Positions 7,939-15,893 of a stretch of 23,459 nt of DNA are shown piece by piece (positions within the stretch are counted from its first letter, which is position 1; every line of letters begins with the position of its first letter). The stretch comes from a virus (Duplodnaviria; Heunggongvirae; Uroviricota; Caudoviricetes), in IMG/VR virus record IMGVR_UViG_3300035180_000678. One strand, written 5' to 3'. A program made the position numbers and the translations under genes. Below the pieces are notes generated by a model. It was not told the DNA's origin and ran no database searches. It worked only from the letters and a program-made list of their open reading frames with translations.

Positions 7939-8399
7939 GCGGCATCCTTGACATCTCGGGATACTACGACCCGACATCCGTAGGCAAGATCACCTTCGGC
8001 CCTGCACCTCTCCTGACGGCTGCACCTCAATTTGATTGGACAGCCGTCCAGTCCTCGAAGAAGGAAATCGTCTGCAATGCCCTCCCTCCCCGCTACATGC
8101 TGGTGGTGAAGGCAGACAGCAACGACGCCGACTACCTGACGGCCACTTCCTTCATCGAGATGGAAGACCTCCCGCTGATCCGCCGCTGGGCAGACAACGT
8201 GAAGGGCAAGCGCCACCAGTGGGACACCCGCTGGGAGTACCGTGAAGAAGGTGACGATCCGGAAACCGTGTATGCGGGCCTCTTCACGGAGGAAGAATTC
8301 GAGCGGATCGCTCGCTGGGTGCCTCATGGCGACTACGGAGTCCACAGCATCGAGCACATCTGGCTCTTCGGGGTCTTCTCAGAGGAACGACTGGTATGA
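7935..8399 (+). CDS. hypothetical protein, 154 aa
   Basis: AGGA SD, ATGA overlap. Confidence 0.75.
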   Translation: MSGILDISGYYDPTSVGKITFGPAPLLTAAPQFDWTAVQSSKKEIVCNALPPRYMLVVKADSNDADYLTATSFIEMEDLPLIRRWADNVKGKRHQWDTRWEYREEGDDPETVYAGLFTEEEFERIARWVPHGDYGVHSIEHIWLFGVFSEERLV

Positions 8400-8596
8400 T
8401 CTTCTGGTTTGCCCTCCTGATGCTGGTCGTCTACCTCTTCGAGACTTCCTACCGGGCTGAACGTCCGATCATCTTCAAGTACAACAGCAACATCGAACGC
8501 TGGATGGCGAAGTACGAGGATGACGACGTGTGGACCTACCACACCACCAAGGCAGGTGCCATCAACCGCTGTCGTGAGAAGCGTCTGCAATGGTAG
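8396..8596 (+). CDS. small membrane-anchored hypothetical protein
   Basis: ATGA overlap; N-terminal hydrophobic helix. Confidence 0.7.
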   Translation: MIFWFALLMLVVYLFETSYRAERPIIFKYNSNIERWMAKYEDDDVWTYHTTKAGAINRCREKRLQW

Positions 8597-8706
8597 GCTG
8601 GATCGTCCTCGCCCTCCTGATCGTGTGGGCGGGCTGGTACATCCCAGCCATCTTCGAGTTCATCGGTGACTTGCTGGTGATGCTCATTCTCTGTTCTGAC
8701 GACTAA
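8590..8706 (+). CDS. small membrane peptide, 38 aa
   Basis: Coupled start; MVGWIVLALLIVWAGWY...; not in the ORF track. Confidence 0.55.
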   Translation: MVGWIVLALLIVWAGWYIPAIFEFIGDLLVMLILCSDD

Positions 8707-8714
8707 GGAGACGC

Positions 8715-8870
8715 ATGTCTGCATACCAAGAAGGCAAAGACGCCTACTGGGACGGCTTCTGGCATGACCAGAATCCCTACCCCATCGGCTCCACCGAGGA
8801 AGCTGACTGGGACGAGGGCTGGTTCGCTGCACGAGCCTGTGACGAAGACGACCCGGACTGGGAGGACTGA
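8715..8870 (+). CDS. RMF-like peptide 2, 51 aa
   Basis: AAGGAG SD; AYQEGKDAYWDG....NPY........WDEGWFAA; not in the ORF track. Confidence 0.6.
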   Translation: MSAYQEGKDAYWDGFWHDQNPYPIGSTEEADWDEGWFAARACDEDDPDWED

Positions 8871-9100
8871 TGACATATCCCATCTGCAAGAACTGTGCCC
8901 ACTACTCCACCGAACGTGAGTTGTATGGCTACGAGCACTGCGCACGAGACATCCGTCAATCCAATCCGGACCCTGTGACTGGACGGACGCACACCATCGG
9001 ACACCTCGACTGTTCCACCGAACGTGCCCCTCGGTTCATCTCCGTCTTCTCATCCAAGTGCGGACTCCGAGGACGCTTCTTCAAGGAGAAGCAAGGATGA
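8870..9100 (+). CDS. Cys-rich hypothetical protein (CKNC..., HC, C, C)
   Basis: TGATG overlap; possible zinc-binding pattern. Confidence 0.7.
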   Translation: MTYPICKNCAHYSTERELYGYEHCARDIRQSNPDPVTGRTHTIGHLDCSTERAPRFISVFSSKCGLRGRFFKEKQG

Positions 9101-9264
9101 CCTACGGCACTGACGCATACGAACAAGGCTACCAAGCCTACGTCAACGAGGACTCCAAGACAGGGAACGGAACCAACCCCTACCCCTTGTTCACCTGTGC
9201 ATGGGCTGACTGGAACGAAGGGTGGACGAGAGCCTACCTTGACTCCCATGACTCTCAGTGCTGA
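9097..9264 (+). CDS. RMF-like peptide 3, 55 aa
   Basis: ATGA overlap; AYEQGYQAY...NPYP.......WNEGWTRA. Confidence 0.6.
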   Translation: MTYGTDAYEQGYQAYVNEDSKTGNGTNPYPLFTCAWADWNEGWTRAYLDSHDSQC

Positions 9265-9355
9265 CTGGGTGCTGGGACTGGTAGTCGTCTTCTTCCTGTT
9301 CGATTGGTGGCTAACCTCCGATCCTCACTACTCCGTCCCTCATCTCGATCATTAA
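9248..9355 (+). CDS. small membrane peptide, 35 aa
   Basis: Open frame with a hydrophobic core; last gene before the non-coding zone. Confidence 0.4.
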   Translation: MTLSADWVLGLVVVFFLFDWWLTSDPHYSVPHLDH

Positions 9356-9361
9356 GACAAG

Positions 9362-9408
9362 AAGCCTCCTAGACAGACATCCACATAGGACATCTGCCTA
9401 GGAGGCTT
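9362..9408. terminator. long hairpin ending the + strand operon
   Basis: AAGCCTCCTAG (9362-9372) and CTAGGAGGCTT (9398-9408) form a perfect 11-bp inverted repeat followed by TTC. Confidence 0.55.
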
Positions 9409-9409
9409 T

Positions 9410-9553
9410 CCTACATCAGAACTTCTACATCAGGACTTCCTAGTACACAAGGTGTCCCTCTCCCTCAAGTCGTCCCCCTCTCAATAAGAATACTCAATGA
9501 GGATGTCTCCATGAGACTGTCTCTACGTAGAGACTCTGTGTCCCGAAGGGACA
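9410..9553. repeat. tandem and palindromic repeat cluster
   Basis: 14-bp tandem CTACATCAG(A/G)ACT x2; 16-bp palindrome GTCTCTACGTAGAGAC 9519-9534; hairpin TGTCCC-GAA-GGGACA 9539-9553. Confidence 0.75.
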
Positions 9554-9851
9554 TAGAAGATCAATATTGAAGGAGGACTCCTACTGTCTAATCCCTATAG
9601 CACCTTCGCCGCACAAGTGCTTTGATTATAACGCGAAAACGTGGTTTTGTCTATAGGGGAAACCCTAATAGATGCGTGTCTACCGAAAAATTCTGAAAAA
9701 TTTCTGGAGGTGGCACGCCTCAGTGATAAATGCGCAGCAGCCGTCATAAATGCTAGGCGTGTCCGCTCGGACTGACATTGCACGCGTAAAGGCTGCACAA
9801 CGAGTGCTGTGGCTGACATGCACCAGAACAGGGCGGAAAGCGGAAACCTAC

Positions 9852-9908
9852 ATTTATCGAGAGCGTGGGACAGGACAAGTGTAAATATAGGATTTATCGA
9901 GAGCGTGG
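9852..9908 (+). repeat. 17-bp direct repeat, 40-bp period
   Basis: ATTTATCGAGAGCGTGG at 9852-9868 and 9892-9908. Confidence 0.9.
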
Positions 9909-10066
9909 CTTAACGCATGGCCGCGCCGCCTCCATCCTTCGCCTACGATCCTGAAATATGACAGCACGGGCCGTTCGTCCATTGTACCCCAGTCCTGCCC
10001 ATGCTGTCAACAAGGACATTCAATCCGTTGCGCCTAGGCCACGCGATTACGTTTCGTCTCTGACCG

Positions 10067-10095
10067 TTGACGATCCGTAAGGGCTCCGGTATGAT
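10067..10095 (+). promoter_or_regulatory. sigma70 promoter of the serine recombinase
   Basis: TTGACG-17-TATGAT. Confidence 0.75.
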
Positions 10096-10125
10096 GAGGC
10101 ATCCATCATCATTGGAGGTAGCACT

Positions 10126-10815
10126 ATGCGGACGTTTGTCCTCTATCGACGGGTCAGCACAAAGGAACAGGGAGACAGCAGGGCGGGCCTTGATGCTCAA
10201 GCGGAGGCTATGCGGGCCTTCACTGTCGGGCATACCGTCCTCGGGTCATTCGAGGACATCGCATCGGGAAAGCTTCCGCCCGATGTCAGGCCGGGCCTTG
10301 CAGCAGCCTTAGAGGCCGTCAGGCGCAATAAAGGCTCTGCCTTGCTGGTATCCAAGCTTGACCGCTTGTCGCGTGACGTAGAGGTCATCGCGGGCCTTAT
10401 GAACAGGGTTCCCCTTGTCACTGTGGAGGACGGGCTTACAGCGGACCGCCTCACGTTGCACGTTAAGGCTACCATCGCGGAACAAGAAAGGCGGATGATC
10501 GGGGAGCGGACTAGGGTAGCCCTTGCAGCAAAGAAAGCGGCAGGGAAGGCCCTCGGGATGCACGCCCACAAAGACCCCACGGCAGGGGATCGAGCCCGGG
10601 CCGCTAGTGCCGTTGCAGTGAAGGCAAACGCGGACGCGTGCGCCCGGCACGTGGCACCGACCCTGCTAGCCCTCAAGCGGGGCGGGTTGACGTTGTCACA
10701 GATTGCGGATCAAATGAACGCCCTACAGGTTGCCACGCCTAGGGGTGGACAGTGGTACGCTTCCGGAGTCTGCAACATGCTTTCCCGGATTGCGAAACTG
10801 GGCATCACAGTGTGA
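10126..10815 (+). CDS. serine recombinase (resolvase/invertase catalytic domain plus short C-terminal DNA-binding domain)
   Basis: GGAGG SD; catalytic YRRVST..Q...[12 protein letters not shown]; C-terminal IA..MN.....TPRGG.W....V..ML.R. Confidence 0.92.
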   Translation: MRTFVLYRRVSTKEQGDSRAGLDAQAEAMRAFTVGHTVLGSFEDIASGKLPPDVRPGLAAALEAVRRNKGSALLVSKLDRLSRDVEVIAGLMNRVPLVTVEDGLTADRLTLHVKATIAEQERRMIGERTRVALAAKKAAGKALGMHAHKDPTAGDRARAASAVAVKANADACARHVAPTLLALKRGGLTLSQIADQMNALQVATPRGGQWYASGVCNMLSRIAKLGITV

Positions 10816-10972
10816 ACAGGACGGGTGTCGTTAGGGTTTACCCGTAGAAAGGGCGGTTCCCGTGCTGTGCGGGGCCGTCCGGGCGATCCTGCGCGAATTT
10901 ATGTGCAGTGGGAGTGTATATTACACCAATTGGCTAAACACCCGCTCCCCTCCCCTGTCCCGCCTCTATCCC

Positions 10973-11021
10973 TGTGGATAACTTCGGGCTAGCCTGTGGA
11001 TAACTTGCCCACTTATCCACA
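10973..11021. promoter_or_regulatory. three perfect DnaA boxes
   Basis: TGTGGATAA 10973-10981 and 10995-11003, TTATCCACA 11013-11021; identical to the R1-type consensus TTATCCACA. Confidence 0.8.
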
Positions 11022-11257
11022 GCCCGATTCCAGCCCGTTTAAGGCCCTTTTTGGCCGTTTTCGCCCTTCCTGCTACGTCCGCATTCCTACCCTCGTTTTA
11101 TCGCGCTGTAGCCCTTCCTGACGCGTTCCCGGATGCCTCTACTCCGGTAGACTTTCCGCATGGGCACAATTCGGACGTGTCCGACAGATTGTCCGCCTAG
11201 GGAACGCCTAAAGGCGGGAATGACGACAATAGCGCCCGCTAACGTAGAGCAGACGTG

Positions 11258-11281
11258 AAAAAGCCCGCACTAGGCGGGCTT
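11258..11281 (-). terminator. intrinsic terminator ending the minus-strand cassette
   Basis: Minus strand: AAGCCCGC-CTAGT-GCGGGC-TTTTT. Confidence 0.85.
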
Positions 11282-11297
11282 CCGTTTGTGTCAGGCG

Positions 11298-11528
11298 TCA
11301 GCGTCGGGGCAATTTGAGAGCCCGGGACGCGGCGGAGGGTGTCGCGGGCTGATAGCTGATATCATGCCCTTTCTTGATGTGCGCTATTGCGTAGTGCGGG
11401 GCTTCCGTGCTGTCGCGGGTGTCGATCCGGACAGTGATCCCGTTCCGGCTCAGAAAGTAGAGAGCCCCGGAAACGTGAAGATCGCACCCGACAGCATGGG
11501 CACGGCGGAGGAATTCTGCAAGAGTCAT
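11298..11528 (-). CDS. hypothetical protein, 76 aa (MTLAEFLRR...)
   Basis: AAGAAAG SD-like sequence; own promoter at 11578-11607. Confidence 0.7.
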   Translation of the reverse strand: MTLAEFLRRAHAVGCDLHVSGALYFLSRNGITVRIDTRDSTEAPHYAIAHIKKGHDISYQPATPSAASRALKLPRR

Positions 11529-11577
11529 TCTAACGCTTTCTTGGTTGACGGGAGGCCCGATTGCCTCCCGTGCTTCC

Positions 11578-11607
11578 ATTATGAAACGTCAAAGGGTTGA
11601 CGTGCAA
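11578..11607 (-). promoter_or_regulatory. sigma70 promoter
   Basis: TTGCAC-18-CATAAT, with palindrome GGGGAAACCCTTA just upstream. Confidence 0.6.
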
Positions 11608-11621
11608 CCCCGGGGAAACCC

Positions 11622-11960
11622 TTACTTGCTCAGGTGAGCGATGGTCTTTTCGCACTGTGCGAGACAGTCCGTCACCGCTTGCGTGAAGTGGACAGCCGTC
11701 GATTCGACGCCCTGTTTTGTGCTTTCCCGGGCGTAGTATTCGGCGGTTGCCTTGCCCCAAGAGACAGCCCCGAGGATGCCGAAACCGCCGCCATAGCCCG
11801 ATTCCCGGGCGTGGAGGTAGCAGCCGACTCCGCCGATTTGGACGACGAAATCCCCGTGAATGACGTTTTGCAGACGGTCGAGACGGGCGCGGAGTTCGTC
11901 GCGCTGGGCCGTCAGGGTTTCGAGGAATTCGGCGCGGAGGGCTTCGGTGGATTGCGTCAT
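11622..11960 (-). CDS. hypothetical protein, 112 aa
   Basis: GGAAA SD-like sequence; own promoter. Confidence 0.75.
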   Translation of the reverse strand: MTQSTEALRAEFLETLTAQRDELRARLDRLQNVIHGDFVVQIGGVGCYLHARESGYGGGFGILGAVSWGKATAEYYARESTKQGVESTAVHFTQAVTDCLAQCEKTIAHLSK

Positions 11961-12011
11961 GATGTGTTTCCGGGTTGTTTGCGTCGGGCTGATTCCCTAG
12001 CGCATGAGTGC

Positions 12012-12041
12012 ATCATACACCCTTTGACGTTTTGTATGCAA
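12012..12041 (-). promoter_or_regulatory. sigma70 promoter
   Basis: TTGCAT-18-TATGAT. Confidence 0.6.
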
Positions 12042-12137
12042 GCCCCTTCGGTTTGCAGGGTCTTTATGTTCTTCGGGCGTTCTCATGCCTGAGATTTTCC
12101 GGGATGTCACTAGGGCAAACGCTTAGTCAAAGAGAAA

Positions 12138-12183
12138 CGGGCAGGGTTGGATTATGCCCCCGGAGCCGGTTCCCGACGCTGTG
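12138..12183 (-). ncRNA. putative ~48-nt small RNA, copy B
   Basis: Downstream of TTGCAG-19-TACAAT (12219-12189); shares CAGCRTCGG and GCATAATCCAACCCTGC with the copy at 20322-20371; no ORF. Confidence 0.45.
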
Positions 12184-12255
12184 CCCGGATTGTACCCGGG
12201 GGGAGCGTCAGACCTGCAAGCCCTTTAGGGAAGCCCTTTCGGGCCGTAGGGTCTT

Positions 12256-12447
12256 TCAACCCTTCAGGCTTGCCACGCATTCCGCGAGACTGGGAAACGT
12301 CAAGCCTGTCAGGCGAGAGCCCCGGGGATGATAGGTGTAGCCCTTCCCCGTGCCCTGTTTCGTCTCTTTGATGACTCCCACGGCCCGGCCGTCGAGCGTC
12401 ACATGCCATTTCCGGGGGAGGCCCGGGGACGGGTTGACTTGAATCAT
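12256..12447 (-). CDS. hypothetical protein, 63 aa
   Basis: AAGGA SD before ATG 12447. Confidence 0.7.
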   Translation of the reverse strand: MIQVNPSPGLPRKWHVTLDGRAVGVIKETKQGTGKGYTYHPRGSRLTGLTFPSLAECVASLKG

Positions 12448-12449
12448 TG

Positions 12450-12638
12450 TTAGATTCCTTTGTTGACCGTGTCGGGAGTGTGGCAGAGGAATTCGACCAT
12501 ATCGGCCCGGTCCTCCCGTCCGCCCCATTCATCGATGGCGCGGCGTTTCGCGTCACCCTCGTTTTCTGCCGTCAGGAAAACCCGAAGTTTCGTATTGCTC
12601 CGGGGGCTGTACAGGACGACGAGGAAAAGGGAGTTCAT
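12450..12638 (-). CDS. hypothetical protein, 62 aa
   Basis: GGAGA SD before ATG 12638. Confidence 0.7.
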   Translation of the reverse strand: MNSLFLVVLYSPRSNTKLRVFLTAENEGDAKRRAIDEWGGREDRADMVEFLCHTPDTVNKGI

Positions 12639-12661
12639 TAGGGTTTCTCCGGGTTGACGTT

Positions 12662-12850
12662 TCAGCAGCGATTGTCGTAGCTGTCGCGCATTTCTTCCAT
12701 CGCTTCCGCGTCGAGACGGAGGGCCGTCCGGATCATTTCGCACGCGTCCGGGTATTCGATACCCTCGTTCATCGTCATATGCGACAGGATGTCAGCGGGC
12801 GATTCTTCGCGGAACATGCGGCGGATGTCGTCTTTGGTGAAGGTTGCCAT
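12662..12850 (-). CDS. acidic hypothetical protein, 62 aa (EGIEYPDA)
   Basis: GGGG SD-like sequence; consensus promoter directly upstream. Confidence 0.75.
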   Translation of the reverse strand: MATFTKDDIRRMFREESPADILSHMTMNEGIEYPDACEMIRTALRLDAEAMEEMRDSYDNRC

Positions 12851-12886
12851 TTGAAACCCCGTTAAGGTTTTGTTTACGATGGTTCT

Positions 12887-12915
12887 ACTGTAGCCTAGTC
12901 CTAAATCCCTGTCAA
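12887..12915 (-). promoter_or_regulatory. sigma70 promoter overlapped by an inverted repeat
   Basis: TTGACA-17-TACAGT; CCTAGTCCTAA 12894-12904 / TTAGGACTAGG 12926-12936. Confidence 0.85.
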
Positions 12916-12956
12916 GCGTAGGGGCTTAGGACTAGGCCCCGAAGGGCCTTCGGGCT

Positions 12957-13178
12957 CTAGCTGGCCCGGGCCGTGTTGCCGATCGCGTGCGGTCCGCTGA
13001 TGTCGCGGAGCTTCAGGGAGACGCGACGATTGTCCGCACGGCGGACCATGAGGGCGGAGCCGTGCCCGTTCGTGCCGATGACAGTGGCGGGCTTGCCCGT
13101 GGGCATCATGACGGCGGACCCGAGGGGATGCACGGACAGGACGGAACGGCGGGCGATGCGGCGTTGGGATGCGTTCAT
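12957..13178 (-). CDS. basic hypothetical protein, 73 aa
   Basis: GGAG SD; fits the cassette organisation. Confidence 0.65.
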   Translation of the reverse strand: MNASQRRIARRSVLSVHPLGSAVMMPTGKPATVIGTNGHGSALMVRRADNRRVSLKLRDISGPHAIGNTARAS

Positions 13179-13258
13179 AGCGTATGACTCCGGTTAGGGA
13201 TGCGGCGGGAATTCGCCCCAAAGCCCCCATTGTGTTAGAGGCTTTCGGGTGGATTCTG

Positions 13259-13489
13259 TCAGTAGCGGAGGGCTTGCGGAAGTCTGCTGTAATGGTAGTC
13301 CGCCGCTTCCTCCGTGCGGATGGCGGAGGGAATCTGCCCCGCGAGACGTTGACGGCGGGCCATTCGGACGATATGCGCGAGCCGTTGCAGGGCATCGAAT
13401 GCATCGCACGCATCGTCGAGTTCCGCGTCCGTCAGGTCGTCCAGATTCGGGCATTCGAGGCCCGGGATGATGGTTTCAGGGCGGAGCAT
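13259..13489 (-). CDS. hypothetical protein, 76 aa (RLAGQI..A...E..AD..Y..LP)
   Basis: AAGGGA SD; promoter element at 13519-13564. Confidence 0.75.
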   Translation of the reverse strand: MLRPETIIPGLECPNLDDLTDAELDDACDAFDALQRLAHIVRMARRQRLAGQIPSAIRTEEAADYHYSRLPQALRY

Positions 13490-13518
13490 CAGAAAATCCC
13501 TTGTGTTTCGATGTCTAG

Positions 13519-13564
13519 ACTATAGCAGAGATTTTCCTGTCTCTGCTACTAGGGCAAACCCTTA
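13519..13564 (-). promoter_or_regulatory. -10 element plus palindromic operator, no consensus -35
   Basis: TATAGT at 13524-13519; TAGGGCAAACCCTTA 13550-13564; intervening inverted repeat TAGCAGAGA/TCTCTGCTA. Confidence 0.6.
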
Positions 13565-13573
13565 CAGGTTTCC

Positions 13574-13792
13574 TTACAGGATGTCAACCTGTACGTTAAT
13601 CCCATGCCGGACAGTGGCAAGCCCGATAGCGACAGGATCGGCGTTCAGGTCGTGCGCCACGTCGATAAATGCCAGCATGGGGACGCCTTGCAGCATTTCG
13701 AGGGCTTGCCGATAGGTAATCCCGTTCAGGACGACAGCCCCGGAACCCTGCCCGAAGATGATACGAAGTTTCTGATGTGCCCGGATTTTCAT
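13574..13792 (-). CDS. hypothetical protein, 72 aa
   Basis: AGGAA SD before ATG 13792. Confidence 0.7.
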   Translation of the reverse strand: MKIRAHQKLRIIFGQGSGAVVLNGITYRQALEMLQGVPMLAFIDVAHDLNADPVAIGLATVRHGINVQVDIL

Positions 13793-13815
13793 GTCTGTTC
13801 CTGTAGTGTGTCCAT

Positions 13816-13846
13816 AGTGTAGCAGAGAATCGGGGCTTAGTGTCAA
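13816..13846 (-). promoter_or_regulatory. sigma70-like promoter
   Basis: TTGACA-19-TACACT; palindrome TAGGGGTTGCCCTGTA at 13861-13876. Confidence 0.5.
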
Positions 13847-13879
13847 GCCCCTTTCACGTGTAGGGGTTGCCCTGTAGGG

Positions 13880-14572
13880 CTATCGATTCTTCCGGGTGTC
13901 GTCCAGATAATACCAGACGTTGCAGAGACGGACGAGCATCGCGTTAGCCTCCCCGGAGGCTGTCGAGAAAAGCACGTCATCCGCGAACCCGTTTCCCATG
14001 TCCGATTCCATGAGGTCCAATTCTCCGTAGGAATCGAGGTCTTTCCCCTTCACATGGCGCACATGGGCACGGAGCAGGGCGAAGCGTTGGTTATGGTCCC
14101 ATTCGCTCAGGTCGCCCCATTCCGCCACGTCCGGGGAATAGAACGATGCGAACCCGGAACGGGACGTAAACATTTCCTCGGCGATGGTGTCGAGAATTTC
14201 GCGGGGCGTCTCTTTGAAAACGCGGGCGATGTCCTCGTTATCCCATTCCGCGAAAATGCGGTCCGTTGAAAAATTGTACTCCCGAGGGGAGGACAGGCTT
14301 TCCCATTTCAGGCGAACCCCGAATTCTTCCGCGAAAGCTTCGCAGTAGCGGACGGAATAGGCCACGTGTACCGCTTGCCATTCGATGCAATCGAACGCCC
14401 GTCCCTGCAATTCCTCGTTCACGTGACAGCCCGTGTCACGGTCCGAAAACATCATTTCGAGAGCCCTGTCTAGGGCGTCATCGTGCCACGAGTTATAGAA
14501 CCCGGAGAACGGGACGACCACGAGGGAAGAGGGGCGGGTGATGTCCGCGAGGGCTTGCGAAAGGTTATCCAT
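13880..14572 (-). CDS. acidic hypothetical protein, 230 aa (PFSGFYNS; SPREYNFSTDRIF)
   Basis: Longest ORF of the cassette, protein-like composition; function not assignable. Confidence 0.85.
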   Translation of the reverse strand: MDNLSQALADITRPSSLVVVPFSGFYNSWHDDALDRALEMMFSDRDTGCHVNEELQGRAFDCIEWQAVHVAYSVRYCEAFAEEFGVRLKWESLSSPREYNFSTDRIFAEWDNEDIARVFKETPREILDTIAEEMFTSRSGFASFYSPDVAEWGDLSEWDHNQRFALLRAHVRHVKGKDLDSYGELDLMESDMGNGFADDVLFSTASGEANAMLVRLCNVWYYLDDTRKNR

Positions 14573-14582
14573 GATCGGGCTT

Positions 14583-14798
14583 TCAGGCGTGGCAGAATTG
14601 GCGGAAGAGGTCAAGCGGGGTCCGGACGGTAACGGGGCAGCCGTTCACGTTGCGAGTGCAGACCATGACAACATCGGACGCGGGGTAAATGTCCGGGACG
14701 CTATCGGCGCATTCCTGCGCGGCGTATTCGTAAGAATCGCCTTCCCCATATCCGCATTCTTCGGAATTGGCGTACAGGGCGGTTACTTGATAAGTCAT
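14583..14798 (-). CDS. acidic hypothetical protein, 71 aa
   Basis: Directly downstream of a consensus promoter. Confidence 0.75.
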   Translation of the reverse strand: MTYQVTALYANSEECGYGEGDSYEYAAQECADSVPDIYPASDVVMVCTRNVNGCPVTVRTPLDLFRQFCHA

Positions 14799-14830
14799 GA
14801 TCGGAGGTCCGTTTGCGTTTCGATGCCTCT

Positions 14831-14859
14831 ACTGTAGGGGACCGTTTAGGTTTTGTCAA
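14831..14859 (-). promoter_or_regulatory. sigma70 promoter
   Basis: TTGACA-17-TACAGT. Confidence 0.85.
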
Positions 14860-14894
14860 CCGTTTACGGAAACCCCTACGGGACGGAGGGTCTT

Positions 14895-15119
14895 TCAGGC
14901 TTGAACGCGGCGGGCGATGGTGCGAGCCCCGAAGAGGATACGCCCGGAACACGGGGCCAGACAGGGGAGCCATTCCATCGCTTCGCGGGCCGTATAGCAC
15001 ATTTGAAACGTGCCGTAATCGTCGAGCGCGACATACGGGGCGAAGCGGACGCGGAGGGCGTGATCCGCACGGCGGACCGTTGCACGGATACGGGCGCGGA
15101 GGGTTTGCTTACGGGCCAT
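14895..15119 (-). CDS. hypothetical protein, 74 aa
   Basis: AGGT SD; promoter at 15155-15184. Confidence 0.7.
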   Translation of the reverse strand: MARKQTLRARIRATVRRADHALRVRFAPYVALDDYGTFQMCYTAREAMEWLPCLAPCSGRILFGARTIARRVQA

Positions 15120-15154
15120 TTCGTTACCTGTCGGGTTCGTTGCGGTATGGGATC

Positions 15155-15184
15155 ATTATGCAACGTGAACGCCCGGGCTGTCAA
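15155..15184 (-). promoter_or_regulatory. sigma70 promoter
   Basis: TTGACA-18-CATAAT. Confidence 0.75.
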
Positions 15185-15207
15185 TTCCCGAGCATTCCGG
15201 AGGGGCT

Positions 15208-15480
15208 TTACAGCACGAGGGCGAGAAAGGCCCCGATTGCGGCGGAGGCTGTCACGATTGCGAGGACATCGCCACGCGTCAGAATGACGGGCAGGCGGAG
15301 CCATTGAAGGGCGGAGCGTTTCGGCATGGTGGCGGGCTTCCTGTTGCACGTTGAGGGCATCAATGCGGGGTGTCCGTGGGTTCGCTGGTGAACGTCCCAC
15401 AGGGACAGAGACACGAGGGCTAGCGCCTCGTTCGCGGCGTATTCGGACCGCACGGGCAGAGTGTGAAGGGTTGCAGTCAT
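15208..15480 (-). CDS. hypothetical protein with C-terminal transmembrane helix, 90 aa
   Basis: ATG 15480; hydrophobic C-terminus. Confidence 0.6.
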   Translation of the reverse strand: MTATLHTLPVRSEYAANEALALVSLSLWDVHQRTHGHPALMPSTCNRKPATMPKRSALQWLRLPVILTRGDVLAIVTASAAIGAFLALVL

Positions 15481-15490
15481 GGCAGGATTC

Positions 15491-15613
15491 TCAGGAATGA
15501 GAACGGGCCGCACGGATGGCGCGGAGCGTTTCGCGGGCCATCGCCCGGGCTTCCGGATTGTGACGACGGCGGATGTAGATACGGGCGACAGATTCGAGCA
15601 GGACGGCGGACAT
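15491..15613 (-). CDS. Arg-rich peptide, 40 aa (MSAVLLESVARIYIRRR...)
   Basis: GGAGA SD before ATG 15613; not in the ORF track. Confidence 0.6.
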   Translation of the reverse strand: MSAVLLESVARIYIRRRHNPEARAMARETLRAIRAARSHS

Positions 15614-15640
15614 TGTGTTTTCTCCGGGGGTATGCTTTGC

Positions 15641-15683
15641 ATTCTGCCCGGGACGTTGCCCCGGGCCACTAGGGCGAACCCTA
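15641..15683 (-). promoter_or_regulatory. -10 element plus palindromic operator
   Basis: CAGAAT 15646-15641; TAGGGCGAACCCTA 15670-15683; intervening GCCCGGG/CCCGGGC inverted repeat. Confidence 0.6.
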
Positions 15684-15866
15684 GAAAGAATGCCCCGATT
15701 GAAGGGTGGACGCGTTGACGTGATACCTCATCCCGTTGTGGATTTCCACAGTGTAGGCGATGAGGGTCGAAAACGACCAGTCACGCCCGACAATGGTCCC
15801 CGTGACGGGATGGCCGTCCGTATTGGTGAAAGTGAGAGATTGACCGATTGCGAGGGCTTGCGTCAT
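15681..15866 (-). CDS. hypothetical protein, 61 aa
   Basis: GGAG SD; own promoter. Confidence 0.7.
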   Translation of the reverse strand: MTQALAIGQSLTFTNTDGHPVTGTIVGRDWSFSTLIAYTVEIHNGMRYHVNASTLQSGHSF

Positions 15867-15893
15867 GGTGTCGGGCTCCGTGTTGATGAGTCA

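Noticed and set aside
9360-9910. Possible CRISPR array
   Set aside because: Only pairs of short repeats (14 and 17 bp); no series of constant repeats with unique spacers and no cas genes
9595-10312. ORFs 9595-9819, 9943-10233 and 10067-10312
   Set aside because: No SD, atypical composition, and they overlap repeats or the recombinase promoter
10126-10815. Transposon or prophage integrase
   Set aside because: No transposase, long terminal inverted repeats or att-like duplication seen; at 229 aa it is too short for a large serine integrase
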